A stretch of 64,000 nucleotides of DNA from Macrostomum hystrix (lineage: Eukaryota > Animalia > Platyhelminthes): positions 434,001 to 498,000 of the forward strand of contig CATNEN010000011.1 in assembly GCA_950097015.1 (NCBI GenBank), written 5' to 3'. Below are positions 61,475 through 64,000 of the stretch, one piece after another. Within the stretch, counting starts at the first letter, position 1. The number at the start of each line of letters is the position of its first letter. The notes under the pieces were generated by a model. The model did not search any database and was not told where the DNA came from. It saw only the letters and a program-made list of their open reading frames with translations. A program made the translations under genes and the position numbers.

Positions 61475-62607
61475 AATCACTTAAAGAAACAGTTAGAAGT
61501 AATTACTATTCTATCAAACGGTCCACGGACTTAGGGCTGTGCACTGAAATGTTTACAAAAGCTCATGCTTGTCGCATTTTTGTTGCTGGTTGAACTAAAG
61601 CATTTAGAGATTGGCGTCTCGCTTAATAACGCACATTGCTCTCTTATTACCTGGGATTCGAACTCTGGACCTCTTTGTTATAAATCTCATATTTTTTTCC
61701 ACTTGTCTGCAAAATCGCTGGCAAACTGGGGCGAATAGCGATTGTTAGGGATAAAAATTAATATGAGAAGATGATTTTTTAGTGATAACTTCGAGAATCT
61801 GGGATTTCAAAATTAGGGATTGAGGATGTGTCAGTTTATGACTGTAAAGTATTTTAGCTGTTTCATTATTGTATCGCCGGATGCCATATTAGACTAGCAC
61901 AATGATTTAATTTTAAGAATCGTTTTCGTTAATGCCAATATTGATTTTGAATCGGGGAGTTTTTGTGGGCATCAAAACGAGAACAGATAGGGATAGGAAA
62001 GATTATGTTGTAGAGAGAAGCAAAAACCATGCTTAAAGGCTTTGACAGCTGCTTATTCCCATCGCATTAATCCTCGCACCGCTTTTCTGATAATTTATTT
62101 AAAAATGCAAATGAGAGATGAGAAAAATCTGTTTTATTATTATTTTTTGACTGAGTTAAAATGACGCGGAAAATTGACAATGGAAAGATATTATTTTCGC
62201 TTGCATCTGAACTGACGGCTTAAGGCTCTTCAGTTGAACTACACGATTTTATTTGAATTTAACTGATGGATTAAAGCGAGACGAATTGTAGAAAAAGAAA
62301 ATCTGCATTTGATTGATTGTGATTCTATAGAGGCTGATTGGGACAGATTAGACTATTTCTTCTACAATATAAATGCTAATTTAGTTTGGTTTAGTTTAAA
62401 TTTATTCATTGATTTTTGCCTGCTTAGCCTGATCTAATTGGTATTTGATTTTAGCGAGCCTCCATTCGTAGTAGTTTTTAACCTCTTTCGAACTTATCTA
62501 GTCTAGTCCACAGTTATAGTAGCACTTTGGTTTCTTTGTGCTTGTGCTTGACATTCAAATTGCATAATAATAGGTGAAGGGACGCAGTGAAACATAGTAA
62601 GATGCAA

Positions 62608-63272
62608 GGAGAGGTATTGAGATGCGGGGAGAGGTAGTGAGATGCAGGGAGGGGTAGTGAGATGCAGGGAGGGGTAGTGAGATGCAGGGAGAGGTAGTGA
62701 GATGCGGGGAGAGGTAGTGAGATGCAGGGAGAGGTATTGAGATGCAGGGAGGGGTAGTGAGATGAAGTGAGAGGTAGTGAGATGCATGGAGAGGTATTGA
62801 GATGCAGGGAGAGGTAGTGAGATGCAGGGAGAGGTAGTGAGATGCGGGGAGAGGTATGAGATGCAGGGAGAGGTAGTGAGATGCGGGGAGAGGTAGTGAG
62901 ATGCAGGGAGGGGTAGTGAGATGCAGGGAGGGGTAGTGAGATGCAGGGAGAGGTAGTGAGATGCGGGGAGAGGTAGTGAGATGCAGGGAGAGGTATTGAG
63001 ATGCAGGGAGGGGTAGTGAGATGAAGTGAGAGGTAGTGAGATGCATGGAGAGGTATTGAGATGCAGGGAGAGGTAGTGAGATGCAGGGAGAGGTAGTGAG
63101 ATGCGGGGAGAGGTAGTGAGATGCAGGGAGAGGTAGTGAGATGCGGGGAGGGGTAGTGAGATGCAGGGAGGGGTAGTGAGATGCATGGAGAGGTATTGAG
63201 ATGCAGGGAGGGGTAGTGAGATGCAGGGAGGGGTAGTGAGATGAAGTGAGAGGTAGTGAGATGCAGGGAGAG
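62608..63272. repeat. Intronic purine-rich minisatellite, 20-bp unit GAGATGCAGGGAGAGGTAGT, about 33 copies
   Basis: Read directly. Lies in the dystroglycan intron. Confidence 0.96.
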
Positions 63273-63371
63273 ATGCAAGGATACGGGGATATACATAGAG
63301 GGTAGGGAGATTCTATTAGAAAGCCATTTTAGTAAGCTTATAAAGTTTCCCTTCGTTCTCGTAATTCTCAG

Positions 63372-64000
63372 GTGAAAATCTCCACCCTGGAAATATCTCC
63401 GGACGCTCCCAGCTCCCAGCAGCAGCAGCGCCAGTACCTCCTGGCCTCCGGGCCGGGCAACGCGAACACTCGTCGCAGCCTCCAAGCGGCTCGAGTGATC
63501 TGGCAGGTGGGCTGCGGCTCCATCGATGCCAGGCATCTGAGAGCGCTGGAGAGGCTGGAGAGATTAGCCATCACTGGCGAGCTGACACCTGAGCCTGTGC
63601 TGCTGTGGTACGTTGCCGACCTTATCGAGCCGGAATCCACAGCCGCAGCCATGGATGCTGCCGGCTCTCTGTCAAGCAGCCGCCTACGCCGCAGTGCCTA
63701 CGCCTATCCCAAGCGCAGAGCAGACGCCTCCTTCTTGTCTGTCTACGCCTCCGATCAGCTCTCGTCGGCCGCTCTGATTGGCTCGCCTGGCGCGTCAGCG
63801 CCGGCGTCGTCGATGTCTTCAGGTTTGTCGTCGCCACCGTTGCCAACCGGGGACACGCCGGCGAGGCCGCCGCCACCGTCGGATAATTTGAAACCAATCA
63901 CTCTGCCTACTACTACAGCTTCTACTACTGTTAGTAGTACTACAGTCACTACCACACTGAAGCCAGCCACCACTGAGCCGGGTCTGCGCCAGATATTCCA
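63372..64000 (+). CDS. DAG1: Dystroglycan, second coding exon (runs off the window; absent from the ORF track)
   Basis: Acceptor AATTCTCAG at 63371, phase 0. LLASGPGNA, IWQVGC, LLWYVA, a furin-type RLRR site, then a Pro/Thr-rich mucin-like stretch. This is the alpha-dystroglycan domain order. Confidence 0.88.
   Translation, partial: MKISTLEISPDAPSSQQQQRQYLLASGPGNANTRRSLQAARVIWQVGCGSIDARHLRALERLERLAITGELTPEPVLLWYVADLIEPESTAAAMDAAGSLSSSRLRRSAYAYPKRRADASFLSVYASDQLSSAALIGSPGASAPASSMSSGLSSPPLPTGDTPARPPPPSDNLKPITLPTTTASTTVSSTTVTTTLKPATTEPGLRQIF

Noticed and set aside
62503-63536. 227-340 aa minus-strand HLTTSPCISLPLPAS ORFs
   Set aside because: 20-bp minisatellite in the dystroglycan intron plus antisense of exon 2.

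Overview
Eukaryotic (metazoan) genomic DNA, not prokaryotic. It shows GT-AG spliced genes, CAG-rich polyQ coding exons and AT-rich introns packed with unrelated minisatellites. This style suggests a free-living flatworm such as Macrostomum, but that is an inference I did not verify. Genes reconstructed from splice sites and protein motifs: 3' end of numb (+), a 3-exon rhodopsin-class orphan GPCR with very long ICL3 and ECL3 loops (+), an intronless secreted Cys-rich protein (+), an LRAT/NlpC-P60-like NCEHF ORF (+), an intronless secreted triple PAN/apple protein (+), C11orf54/DUF1907 ester hydrolase (-), 40S ribosomal protein S4 (-), PHAF1/C16orf70 (+, 9.8-kb first intron) and the 5' part of dystroglycan (+). 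Mobile DNA: a decayed intron-containing Crypton-type tyrosine recombinase, an internally deleted Helitron carrying a hAT-type MITE, a 4.5-kb Foldback/MULE-like element with a perfect 9-bp TSD and nested contents, further MITEs, CORE-type SINEs, and a five-copy tRNA-headed SINE family whose body is strongly structured and carries a conserved 14-nt motif matching the HDV ribozyme P3-L3. About 10 kb of the window is made up of about 15 different minisatellite arrays, and most long ORFs in the supplied track are artefacts of these.
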